From an uncultured Gammaproteobacteria bacterium (GTDB taxonomy: Bacteria > Patescibacteriota > Patescibacteriia > UBA9934 > CAZDDW01), in contig CAZDDW010000004.1 in NCBI GenBank assembly GCA_964504365.1, positions 14,214 to 78,213 of the forward strand: 64,000 nt of DNA, in the 5' to 3' direction. The number at the start of each line of letters is the position of its first letter. Position 1 is the first letter of the stretch. The notes below the pieces were generated by a model. It saw only the letters and a list, made by a program, of their open reading frames with translations, made no database searches and had not been told where the DNA came from. A program made the position numbers and the translations under genes. Of this stretch, positions 54,672 through 63,339 are shown piece by piece.

Positions 54672-55547
54672 TTATGCTGCTAGAGCCGGTGTTTCTGCTT
54701 CTGGCTTCTCTTTTTCAGCAAAAGCTGCCTGGAACATGTCGATCGGTGGTTCAAGCCCGGTTTCGTTTAAGACTTGTTTCATACCTGAGACAATTGTTTG
54801 ACGCCGTTGTACTGCTTGGCGTTGTCGTTCTATTCCCCACTTAGCTTTTTCTTCACCTGCTTCAGTTGGTTCACCTGGGAGATCAATGTGATCAAAGGCC
54901 TTGTAGGACAAGGTGCCTTCTTTCCATTTGCGGCCGCCATAAGCATGTTCCCCGGCCAACAAGTTAACCGCCTCTTGTGGAGTCTCAAAAACAGTTCCTA
55001 AATATTCTGCTAACCCATCCTTTTGTGCTTCCGGTGGTAAGGTTTGAACAAACTTTTCGAATGTTTTTAGTCTTTCCGTATTGGCTTCTTCAGCCTCTCG
55101 TGTAACTCGCTCTCTAGTTCGTTTTTCCCAACCCGGAGTCCAGCGTTGTATTCTTGTCGGTTCAGGCATGTTGATTTTACGGGTGCGAGCGTACATGGTT
55201 TGTAGTTTCTCAACCTGCGTTTGATCAGGTTCAAATTCAGCCATTGGTTGTGCACGTAATTCAGCTTCTTCTCGAGCGCGCGTGGCCAGCCGCTCTTCTT
55301 TGGCAGCAGTCTTTTGTTTTATTGCCTCAGTCTCAGCTTTTGTCACTTCGGCCTGCTCAATTCGTGCAATCTCTTCTTGAAGGGCAGCCTTTTGTTCAGC
55401 AAAAGACAAAGGCGCCTCAACAACATCCTGAGCTGTTTCAGGGTCTGTTTGAGCTCTAGTCATCTCAACAACATTGTCTGGTGTTGGTTGTTCGTTTTCT
55501 GTCATATTGTTTCCATCATAGCAAAACAAAAACACCTTGCCTAGCAA
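54672..55547 (-). CDS. hypothetical charged coiled-coil protein (moderately GC-rich)
   Basis: long ORF, Glu/Lys/Arg/Ala-rich; no recognisable domain; likely start at internal MTENEQ. Confidence 0.4.
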   Translation of the reverse strand: MLGKVFLFCYDGNNMTENEQPTPDNVVEMTRAQTDPETAQDVVEAPLSFAEQKAALQEEIARIEQAEVTKAETEAIKQKTAAKEERLATRAREEAELRAQPMAEFEPDQTQVEKLQTMYARTRKINMPEPTRIQRWTPGWEKRTRERVTREAEEANTERLKTFEKFVQTLPPEAQKDGLAEYLGTVFETPQEAVNLLAGEHAYGGRKWKEGTLSYKAFDHIDLPGEPTEAGEEKAKWGIERQRQAVQRRQTIVSGMKQVLNETGLEPPIDMFQAAFAEKEKPEAETPALAA

Positions 55548-55593
55548 GATGTTTTTGTGGGTCCGCCATAGCTCCGATAGGAGCGATGGTGGA

Positions 55594-55668
55594 TGGGGCG
55601 GCTAGAGGGAATTGAACCCTCGTGACCGGCTCCACAAGCCGGTGTTCTGCCATTGAACTATAGCCGCC
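55594..55668 (-). tRNA. tRNA-His (anticodon GTG) with encoded G-1 and CCA
   Basis: rc G-GCGGCTATAGTTCAATGG...CCGGCTTGTGGAGCCGG...GGGTTCAATTCCCTCTAGCCGCC-CCA. Confidence 0.8.
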
Positions 55669-55693
55669 ATGTTGTAGAGGAGTTTAGCACGGT

Positions 55694-55745
55694 TTTGAGG
55701 TTGAGTCAAGGCTTTAAGCCATGCCTCAGACGTGATAGAATGCAC
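55694..55745 (+). promoter_or_regulatory. polA promoter with extended -10 (TGaTAGAAT) and -35-like TTGAGT
   Basis: ggTTGAGTcaaggctttaagccatgcctcagacgTGaTAGAATgcactcATG. Confidence 0.45.
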
Positions 55746-55747
55746 TC

Positions 55748-58423
55748 ATGCCTAAGAAGAAAACATTTTTGATTTTAGACGGTAATGCCCTGCTTCACCG
55801 TGCTTGGCATGCCCTACCCCCACTGACTACAAAAGACGGTCGGGTGGTTCATGCTGCCTATGGTTTCACCATGGTCATTGAGAAGCTGCTTGAGACAGTC
55901 AATCCAGAGTACATGGCTGTGGCTTGGGATTTGCCTGGTAAGACTTTCCGGCATGAGAAGTGTGAGTCTTATAAAGGTACACGTAAGAAAAAAGAGCCTG
56001 AGTTATATGAACAGATTCCGATTATCCAAGATATTCTTCTAGCCTTTGGAATCCCGTCGTTGGATGCTGAAGGCTATGAAGCGGATGATGTGATTGGTAC
56101 GTTGACCAAGAAGATAGAAAAGAACAAGGACGTGGTGGTAAAAATAGTGACCGGTGATTTGGACGCTTTGCAGCTTGTTGATACCGACACACACGTCTTG
56201 TTTTTTGTAAAAGGGATTTCTGAGACTAAGCTATATGATGAGAAGGCTGTTAAAGATCGTTATGGTTTTGGTCCTGATCAGTTGATTGACTATAAGGCTT
56301 TGCGTGGTGATCCTTCAGATAATATTCCGGGCGTGCCTGGTGTGGGAGACAAAACAGCAACTGAGATTGTTAAGGAGTTTGGTTCGGTTGAGAGGTTATA
56401 TAAAGACTTGAAGAAGGACAAAGTAGGAGATCTGTCACCACGTATTGTTCAGAAACTACTTGATCACGAGGACGATGCAATGGACTCGTTGGAGCTGGTC
56501 ACGATTGTAACTGATGTGTCAGTAGATTTTCGTTTGACTGATGCAAAAGTGAAAGAGCCAGACGAGGAAGAGTTGGTTGAGATGTATCAGGATTTGGAAT
56601 TTCGAACGTTGTTGAGAAAACGAGGAAAAGAAACCAGACAACTAGAAAATAAGACAACCAGAAAATCCAAGTCCGTGAAAGGGGTTGAATTGATCCGTGA
56701 CAAAAAAGAAACCAAGAAGGCGTTGGAAGCGTTGTCTAAGAAACAAATTGCGTTGTTGGTTGGGCAGAACAAGCAAGTAGATCTTTTTGGTCAAGCCTTG
56801 GCTGTGATTGCTGTGTCGGATGGAGCCAAGACGGTTGTTGTTCCAAACCCCGAAGCTGGTCAGGTTGAATTAATTCTTGATCTGGTTAAAAAAACAGATG
56901 AGGTTGTAATTCATGGGCTAAAAGATTTGATGAGTGTCATTGATGTACAATCCCTGGCCGGCGACATACAATTTATTGATCTCAAGATTGCCTCGTATCT
57001 TCTGCATTCAGGATCACGTTCGCACGATATTGCCTCGATTGCTCACCAAGCAATGAAAACAAAATTGCCAGCATTACCCGAGAGCTATGCTACAGATAAG
57101 GACTATCAAACAATCGGCACTGTTGTGTCAGTCTTCCCTGTCCTGGCAGATGCGATGCAAAAAGATTTAAAAGACAAGGGCATGTCCAAGTTGTTTGAAG
57201 AAATTGAAATGCCTTTAGTGCCGGTTTTATGGGAAATGGAACAAGCGGGAATTAAGATTGATACAAAATTTTTAGATCAGTTTTCTAAGAAACTAAACTC
57301 CAGAATCAATCAATTAACAAAGAAGATATATAAAGAAGCTGGTCAGGAATTTAATGTTCGTTCCCCGATTCAACTGGCTGAGATTTTGTTCGACAAGTTA
57401 GAGCTGCCAACTAAAGGGATTAAAAAAACTAAAACCGGATATTCAACAGCTGCACCAGAACTGATTAAACTGAAAGATACTCATCCGATCATTGTCATGG
57501 TCGAAGAGTATCGTGAATTAGCAAAGCTAGTTTCGACTTATGTTGATGCGCTACCAAAATTGGTGGCAAAAGATGGGCGAGTGCACACAAGCTTCAATCA
57601 AACAGTGACAGCAACCGGGCGCTTGAGTTCGTCGAATCCAAATTTGCAGAATATCCCGATTCGCACTGAGCTGGGGCGTGAGATTCGCAAAGCCTTTGTG
57701 GCTGATCAGGGTAAGGTTTTGATTGCGGCTGATTATTCGCAGATCGAGTTACGTGTGGTTTCGATTATTACCAAAGACAAGGCGTTTGTTAAGGCCTTTA
57801 AAGAAGGTGCTGACATTCATACACGAACCGCGGCTGAGGTTTGGGGGGTTGATGAAAAAGATGTGACCAAAGATCAACGTCGAGCAGCCAAAGCAATTAA
57901 TTTTGGAATTATTTATGGTATGGGGCCACGGGCCCTCGCAGTCTCAACAGGGCTTAGTTTTTCCGAGGCTCAGGATTTTATTCAACGCTATCTTGATCTT
58001 CATGGCGCGGTTCAGAATTATCTTGACGAATCTAAACTAAAGGCACATGAGGATGGTTATGTTGAAACCTTGTTTGGTCGTCGTCGATATTTTCCTGAAA
58101 TTAATTCTGGGGTGCAGATGTTGGTGGCTGCCGCGGAACGCATGGCTGTGAATATGCCAGCTCAAGGAACAGCGGCTGATATGATGAAAATGGCAATGAT
58201 TGCAGTGGGCAAGGAACTGAAGAACTCAAAAACTAAAGAACTGAAGAACATCAAAATGCTGTTACAGGTACATGATGAATTGGTTTTTGAAGTACCTCGG
58301 GCTGATGCAGAAAAGGCTGCAAAACGAATTAAAGATATAATGGAAAATGCAGTTACATTTGAGGTGCCGTTGGTGGTTGATGTGGATGTTGGAAAAAATT
58401 GGGGAGAGATGAAGAGGATTTAA
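55748..58423 (+). CDS. polA: DNA polymerase I
   Basis: 5'-3' exonuclease N-domain (FLILDGNALLHRAWHA), polymerase motifs A (DYSQIELR), B (RRAAKAINFGIIYG), C (VHDELVFE); 891 aa. Confidence 0.95.
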   Translation: MPKKKTFLILDGNALLHRAWHALPPLTTKDGRVVHAAYGFTMVIEKLLETVNPEYMAVAWDLPGKTFRHEKCESYKGTRKKKEPELYEQIPIIQDILLAFGIPSLDAEGYEADDVIGTLTKKIEKNKDVVVKIVTGDLDALQLVDTDTHVLFFVKGISETKLYDEKAVKDRYGFGPDQLIDYKALRGDPSDNIPGVPGVGDKTATEIVKEFGSVERLYKDLKKDKVGDLSPRIVQKLLDHEDDAMDSLELVTIVTDVSVDFRLTDAKVKEPDEEELVEMYQDLEFRTLLRKRGKETRQLENKTTRKSKSVKGVELIRDKKETKKALEALSKKQIALLVGQNKQVDLFGQALAVIAVSDGAKTVVVPNPEAGQVELILDLVKKTDEVVIHGLKDLMSVIDVQSLAGDIQFIDLKIASYLLHSGSRSHDIASIAHQAMKTKLPALPESYATDKDYQTIGTVVSVFPVLADAMQKDLKDKGMSKLFEEIEMPLVPVLWEMEQAGIKIDTKFLDQFSKKLNSRINQLTKKIYKEAGQEFNVRSPIQLAEILFDKLELPTKGIKKTKTGYSTAAPELIKLKDTHPIIVMVEEYRELAKLVSTYVDALPKLVAKDGRVHTSFNQTVTATGRLSSSNPNLQNIPIRTELGREIRKAFVADQGKVLIAADYSQIELRVVSIITKDKAFVKAFKEGADIHTRTAAEVWGVDEKDVTKDQRRAAKAINFGIIYGMGPRALAVSTGLSFSEAQDFIQRYLDLHGAVQNYLDESKLKAHEDGYVETLFGRRRYFPEINSGVQMLVAAAERMAVNMPAQGTAADMMKMAMIAVGKELKNSKTKELKNIKMLLQVHDELVFEVPRADAEKAAKRIKDIMENAVTFEVPLVVDVDVGKNWGEMKRI

Positions 58424-58449
58424 AAAGCGGGGCCAGACCTCGCTTTTTG

Positions 58450-58496
58450 CTTGACAACCTGGGCCAGTCAGATTATGTTGGAAATAGGAGTAAAGG
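58450..58496 (+). promoter_or_regulatory. promoter for pgeF: T-tract + TTGACA-N17-TATGTT
   Basis: cgctttttgcTTGACAacctgggccagtcagatTATGTTggaaataggag. Confidence 0.45.
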
Positions 58497-59246
58497 TTGT
58501 ATATGTCTGATAAACACTGGCAATCAAAGCTCCTTGGCGAATTGCCTTGGGTAACGCACGCTACATCAACGCGGGCTTGGGGTTCGCTTCGTTATCCTGG
58601 TTCTGATGAAGATGAAGACAAAACACTGTCTGATCGTGAAGAGTTTATCCGGTCAGCTGGGATTGATCCAACAACCTCGATTTATTTAGACAACGTACAC
58701 GGAGCCAAGGTCGCTTGTGTTGGGACCAATCTGGCTTCTAATCGAATGAACGGCTGTGATGCCGCTTTTTCTATTATTAAGGGTCGTCACCTGGTGACAA
58801 AGACGGCTGACTGTTTACCGATTTTTATTGTTGACCGACGATTATATTATGTGGGTTTGGTTCACGCTGGTTGGCAAGGTGTGTCACACGGGATTGTTAA
58901 GAATTTAATTGAAGCACTCAAGCAAGAACGTTCATATCCGCACGATTTGTTGGTGGCTATTGGCCCCTCGATCGGAGCTTGTCATTATACGGTTGATCAT
59001 GAGCGCAAGCAAGAAATGTTGCAACGAAGTGGCGGCCTTAGTTCATCAGACTTTACTGGTCAAAAGGATAATCGTCACACCGTTGATTTGCGCGAGGTGG
59101 TTGTTCGTCAGTTTATGGCTCAAGGTGTTCCACAGAAACAAATTGAAAACGCGGCGCCTTGCACCGCGTGTGACAATGATAATTATTTTTCTTATCACCT
59201 AACCCAAGAGCCTGATTGCATGTTGTCCGTGATAGGGATCAAGTGA
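58497..59246 (+). CDS. pgeF: YfiH/PgeF (DUF152, laccase-domain) purine-nucleoside phosphorylase/peptidoglycan-editing family protein
   Basis: TADCLPIFIVD, VHAGWQG, CTACDNDNYFSYH conserved motifs. Confidence 0.85.
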   Translation: MYMSDKHWQSKLLGELPWVTHATSTRAWGSLRYPGSDEDEDKTLSDREEFIRSAGIDPTTSIYLDNVHGAKVACVGTNLASNRMNGCDAAFSIIKGRHLVTKTADCLPIFIVDRRLYYVGLVHAGWQGVSHGIVKNLIEALKQERSYPHDLLVAIGPSIGACHYTVDHERKQEMLQRSGGLSSSDFTGQKDNRHTVDLREVVVRQFMAQGVPQKQIENAAPCTACDNDNYFSYHLTQEPDCMLSVIGIK

Positions 59247-59876
59247 TTATTGAAACTTGTCTCCAACTTTGAGTCGAGTCTCTCCGTTCCAATGCCAGTC
59301 GTGTGGATTAGAACCCTGGATTTCATGCCAGAGTTTTTTTGCTGTTTCAGTATGTAGGCCTTCATTAATAACAATTTGTCGCATCTCAGCAAGCTGTTTC
59401 CTAAGAGAGTGCCCGCGAGCTTCTTGTTCTTTTAGTTCTAGATCACAGTCTAGATTATCAGCATCTTTAACTATCTTGGCTTCAATACTTTCCCGTTTTT
59501 CATACTCTTCCCAAATACTCATCATTTCTTCTTGAAATACAGTGTCGTGCAATATGTGTTTCATGGATTTTTCCTCGTCACGACTAACATACTGACGTGT
59601 TAATTGATTGACATCATTGCTCCTGCTTTCACAAATATCATGAACCAAAGCCATTTTTATTATCTTTTCATGATCACCGACTTTTTCATGGTTGGCAATA
59701 ACTAATGCCAGCCACATTACGCGGAAGGTGTGTTCAGTATTGTTCTGAACATCTGGGTTTAAGAATTGAACCCAATTGCGCTTCTGATTGCGCAAACATC
59801 CAAGTTCATACATTAATTCAAGGTCTCGTTTAATATCCATATTTTGCTTTTTATTAGTACAAGCATTAGAATACAC
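59247..59876 (-). CDS. HD-domain phosphohydrolase
   Basis: H...HD...D metal-ligand pattern (NTEHTFRVMWLALVIANHEK...MALVHDICESR...D). Confidence 0.7.
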   Translation of the reverse strand: MYSNACTNKKQNMDIKRDLELMYELGCLRNQKRNWVQFLNPDVQNNTEHTFRVMWLALVIANHEKVGDHEKIIKMALVHDICESRSNDVNQLTRQYVSRDEEKSMKHILHDTVFQEEMMSIWEEYEKRESIEAKIVKDADNLDCDLELKEQEARGHSLRKQLAEMRQIVINEGLHTETAKKLWHEIQGSNPHDWHWNGETRLKVGDKFQ

Positions 59877-59880
59877 CTGT

Positions 59881-60846
59881 ATGTTGATATTTGTCTATGG
59901 TGAAGACACCTTCCGTGTGCGAGAAAAGGTGCAGGTAATGAAGAAAAAGTTTTCTGAGAAATTCGATAAAGGTGGAATGAACCTGGTTGAATTTTCTAAT
60001 AAGCCGGTTTTAGGTGAGGTGATGCAGGCTATTCAGAGCCCACCATTTTTGGGTGAAAAACGGATGGTAGTTATTCGTGATATCTGTGGAACATTGAAAA
60101 AGGACCAGGTTGAAGTTTGGCAGGATGGATTGTCCAAGGTCCCAGAAACAACGATCGTAATTTTGTGGGAGGAGATTGATCCAAAGAAGCTGGAGAAGCA
60201 TGCTTTATTCAAAGCTCTTTCAAAGCAGTCTGAAGTTCATGCATATTCATTCCCTCTGCTTCAGGGTGCAGCACTAACGCAATGGGTGGTTGGTCGTGTT
60301 CAGGAAATGGGAGCACAGATTGATCAAGCTGCGCTGATGTCTTTGGTTGAGAGGGTTGGATCTGATTTGTGGCAGATGCAACATGAACTTGAGAAGTTGG
60401 TGGCCTATGCTGGATCGAACATGATTACAAATGAGGTGGTTGAGAAACTTGTTCGCGCCAGTTTTGAAGATCAGATATTTCAATTAGTCGATGCCATAAG
60501 TCATCGAAATGCAAATCAGGCTGTTCGTCTGTTGAATGAAGAACGCTGGAGCGGAGCTAGTGATCAGTATATTTTTGGAATGCTTGCACGGCAGGTGCGT
60601 ATTTTGTTGGGAGCACGATCGGTTCTTGATCTGAATGCCAATGCGACAAAAGATTATGTTGCATCAGAGCTATCTTTGCATCCGTTTGTTGCTCAGAAGG
60701 CTGTGGGTCAAGCGCGGTCGTTTGTGACCAAGGATCTGGTGCAAGCACATGAACTTTTATTTGAACTTGATCAGGCTTCAAAGACTGGTCGGTTGGGAGC
60801 TGATCTGGCCGTTGATCTTGTCGTGGCTGAGATGTTGGAAAAATAG
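59881..60846 (+). CDS. holA: DNA polymerase III delta subunit
   Basis: MLIFVYGEDTFRVREKV N-terminus and overall length typical of HolA; start at ATG 59881 (ORF-track 59788 extension overlaps divergent HD gene). Confidence 0.7.
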   Translation: MLIFVYGEDTFRVREKVQVMKKKFSEKFDKGGMNLVEFSNKPVLGEVMQAIQSPPFLGEKRMVVIRDICGTLKKDQVEVWQDGLSKVPETTIVILWEEIDPKKLEKHALFKALSKQSEVHAYSFPLLQGAALTQWVVGRVQEMGAQIDQAALMSLVERVGSDLWQMQHELEKLVAYAGSNMITNEVVEKLVRASFEDQIFQLVDAISHRNANQAVRLLNEERWSGASDQYIFGMLARQVRILLGARSVLDLNANATKDYVASELSLHPFVAQKAVGQARSFVTKDLVQAHELLFELDQASKTGRLGADLAVDLVVAEMLEK

Positions 60847-60849
60847 GAA

Positions 60850-60905
60850 AAACAAAAACCGCGGGCATGACCCGTGGTTTTCTTGTCCACCAAAGCCTTG
60901 GCGAA
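60850..60905. terminator. hairpin (ACCGCGGG/CCCGTGGT) between convergent holA and rpsT
   Basis: aaaaACCGCGGGcatgaCCCGTGGTtttctt. Confidence 0.5.
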
Positions 60906-60911
60906 GGTGGA

Positions 60912-61184
60912 TTATTTTGTCTTTTTCAATTCGTTCAGCCTCTTCATCATTCGTGACTTTACTCGTGCTGCATTGTTGGGGTGAAAGATGTTGTTCTTGG
61001 TAGCCTTATCAATCATTTTACCGATTTTGTGATAAAGTTCCTCAGCTTTTTTTGCATCCTTGGCTTCAATGGCCTTTCGGAAGTATCGCTTGTGTGAGCT
61101 AAGTTCATCTTTCACAATCTTGTTTCGTGCAGCCCGTTTTTCACTTTGACGAAGCGCTTTTTTGGCTTGTCTAAGAATTGGCAT
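60912..61184 (-). CDS. rpsT: 30S ribosomal protein S20
   Basis: MPILRQAKKALRQSEKRAARNKIVKD... basic 90-aa protein matching S20. Confidence 0.9.
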   Translation of the reverse strand: MPILRQAKKALRQSEKRAARNKIVKDELSSHKRYFRKAIEAKDAKKAEELYHKIGKMIDKATKNNIFHPNNAARVKSRMMKRLNELKKTK

Positions 61185-61245
61185 AAATATAGTTGAGCAT
61201 GATATTTAAACTTGGGACGACTGAATTCTAACGGAAACGATAAAA

Positions 61246-62223
61246 TTAGTCAAGGGAGGAGTCTTCTCCACCACCAAGCAGTTTTACCTGCTCGATTTTG
61301 TTTGAAAACCTGTCGTATTGACTATTGGTTGAATCCATCGCACTTTTAGCGTGTGTAAGATGTCGATTAACCAATGATAGACCTTCGCCGAATTTAACGT
61401 TTTCTTTTTGAATTGTTTTTAATAACTCGATTATCCTTTCAGTCTCTTCTTCAATTTTTGCTCGCTCTAGTCCGATCATGATTGTCCGCAGATAGTACAG
61501 GAAGGTATTCGGAGAGACAAGTAGGATGTGTCGGTCGTGTGCGTACTGCAGGAGCTCTTCAGAATCCATAACGATTTCGTAGAATACTTTCTCTGATGGA
61601 ACATACATAACTGCGTATTCAAGAGTTCCCTCACCTGGCAAAATATATTTATTTTGTACGTCGTCAATATGTTTCTTGACTTGTCTTATGAAGTCTTTCA
61701 AACAACGTTTCCGTTCCACATCCGTTTCCGCCTTAGTCATTTGCAGAAAATTTTCCATTGGAAATTTTGCATCAATAGAGATGATCCCGCTATCAGTTTT
61801 AATTACAGCGTCAACTGTTTTTCCTTCTTTAAATTTATACTGTGTCTGATAATGAGAGCTAGGTAGCGTTTGAGATAATGTGTCGTACAATATTTGTTCG
61901 CCCAAGTTACCGCGTAGTTTTGGAGAACTAAGTAGGTTCTGGAAATCTTTTATTGAACGACCAATCTCTGACATTGATCCCAGTTCCTTATTTACTGCTC
62001 CGATTACTTGTGCCGCCTTGTCTAGCCGCTGGTTTAAAGAATCAGTTGTCTTGTCAATTCTGTTTTGCAATCCCTGCATGTTTTGATTCATCATGTGCAG
62101 GGCTTTTGCGTCATCACTTTTTAATTGAAGATCGCGCAGCTCAGAAAGTTTTTTATAAACCAAAAAGATTGATCCAATAATTACAATCGCGAGAATTAAT
62201 AAAATGTATGTGAGAGCTTCCAT
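61246..62223 (-). CDS. rmuC: DNA recombination protein RmuC
   Basis: N-terminal TM + long coiled coil, C-terminal RmuC domain (LEYAVMYVPSEKVFYEI...); start at ATG 62223 (ORF-track extension overlaps tRNA). Confidence 0.8.
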   Translation of the reverse strand: MEALTYILLILAIVIIGSIFLVYKKLSELRDLQLKSDDAKALHMMNQNMQGLQNRIDKTTDSLNQRLDKAAQVIGAVNKELGSMSEIGRSIKDFQNLLSSPKLRGNLGEQILYDTLSQTLPSSHYQTQYKFKEGKTVDAVIKTDSGIISIDAKFPMENFLQMTKAETDVERKRCLKDFIRQVKKHIDDVQNKYILPGEGTLEYAVMYVPSEKVFYEIVMDSEELLQYAHDRHILLVSPNTFLYYLRTIMIGLERAKIEEETERIIELLKTIQKENVKFGEGLSLVNRHLTHAKSAMDSTNSQYDRFSNKIEQVKLLGGGEDSSLD

Positions 62224-62322
62224 GTTGTTTGTCAAAGTTAGATCAGTTATAATCAAGCACGTGTAGTATAGCAGAACAACTGTCTTGAAAGAAGATGAGT
62301 GTTTTACGACACATAATAAAAT

Positions 62323-62397
62323 GCTCCTGTAGTTAAGTGGATATAACAAATCCCTCCTAAGGATTAGTCGCAGGTTCGATTCCTGCCAGGAGCACCA
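62323..62397 (+). tRNA. tRNA-Arg (anticodon CCT), CCA encoded
   Basis: GCTCCTGTAGTTAAGTGGATATAACAAATCCCTCCTAAGGATT...GCAGGTTCGATTCCTGCCAGGAGCACCA. Confidence 0.8.
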
Positions 62398-62410
62398 GAA
62401 ACATACCGTA

Positions 62411-63001
62411 ATGAATCAGACAAAATCAAAAAGAATTTTTATTGTTCACTGCTGGGATGGGTATCCAGAGTATTGTTGGTATTCATGGTTAAAGACAGAG
62501 CTTGAGGTGCGCGGGCACGAAGTTGTTGTTCCTAAGATGCCTCAAACAGAAGAGCCAAGGATCAATAAGTGGGTTCCTGAACTTATCAAGCAAGTCGGTA
62601 AAGTCAATAATAATACATTTTTTGTTGGGCACAGCATGGGCAACCAGGCAATTGCTCGTTTCCTTGAACAATTACCTCAAGATCAGATTGCTGGCGGCGC
62701 GGTGTTTGTAGCTGGTTTTTTCGATAATTTAAGTGGGCTCAAAAATGATACGGTTGTCCGATCAGTTGTGAAGGAGTGGCTGGAGACCAAGATTGATTTA
62801 GACGAGGTTAAACAACACCTATTAAAAAGTGTTGCTATTTTTTCAGATGATGATCCTTACGTTCCCTTAAATAATGCAGATACATTTAGAAATATATTTG
62901 GTGCAGATATACATATATTAGAAAAACAAGGACATTTTAGTGGAGATGATTATCAGCAGTTACCTAAGGCGTTGGAAGAGTTGGAAAAAATGGGGTTATA
63001 A
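62411..63001 (+). CDS. alpha/beta-fold serine hydrolase (YdeN/RBBP9-like)
   Basis: nucleophile elbow VGHSMGN, overall about 190 aa and HCWDG...D...H arrangement of the Ser_hydrolase family. Confidence 0.65.
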   Translation: MNQTKSKRIFIVHCWDGYPEYCWYSWLKTELEVRGHEVVVPKMPQTEEPRINKWVPELIKQVGKVNNNTFFVGHSMGNQAIARFLEQLPQDQIAGGAVFVAGFFDNLSGLKNDTVVRSVVKEWLETKIDLDEVKQHLLKSVAIFSDDDPYVPLNNADTFRNIFGADIHILEKQGHFSGDDYQQLPKALEELEKMGL

Positions 63002-63017
63002 ATTTAAAAACGAATCA

Positions 63018-63047
63018 ATTAAAAAAGCGGCCTTAGTGGCCGTTTTT
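63018..63047 (+). terminator. intrinsic terminator after hydrolase gene
   Basis: aaaaaaGCGGCCttagtGGCCGttttttgat. Confidence 0.65.
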
Positions 63048-63180
63048 TGATATTGAAATTATAAGAACACCCCTAACACTGACACAGTATACCACAAGTC
63101 AGCACTCAGTTCCATAGGGAACCGCAAGATTAAATATCATAAGCATAGATGTCTACACCAGAATGGACAAATAGGCTTGT

Positions 63181-63227
63181 TGTGGATAACGTATAATTTT
63201 TTTGCTCAGTTAAGCTTGATATCCACA
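63181..63227. promoter_or_regulatory. pair of inverted DnaA-box-like 9-mers (TGTGGATAA = rc TTATCCACA perfect; ATATCCACA)
   Basis: ttgTGTGGATAAcg ... cttgATATCCACAgaa. Confidence 0.3.
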
Positions 63228-63258
63228 GAAAAATAGGAAAACTAGTGAAAAATGGTTA

Positions 63259-63320
63259 AAAATTATGCTAAGCTTAGCATAATTTTGGATTGACTAAATT
63301 ATGTATTCATGGTAGAATAA
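63259..63320 (+). promoter_or_regulatory. 28-bp perfect palindrome (operator-like) abutting a TTGACT-N17-TAGAAT promoter for the downstream secreted-protein gene
   Basis: AAAATTATGCTAAGCTTAGCATAATTTTggaTTGACTaaattatgtattcatggTAGAAT. Confidence 0.5.
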
Positions 63321-63339
63321 GAAGGTAGGAAAATAATAT

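Noticed and set aside
59788-59880. N-terminal extension of holA ORF to 59788
   Set aside because: Overlaps the divergent HD-domain gene; ATG 59881 gives the canonical HolA N-terminus.
62224-62349. N-terminal extension of rmuC ORF to 62349
   Set aside because: Overlaps tRNA-Arg(CCT) on the opposite strand; the internal ATG at 62223 begins the expected TM helix.
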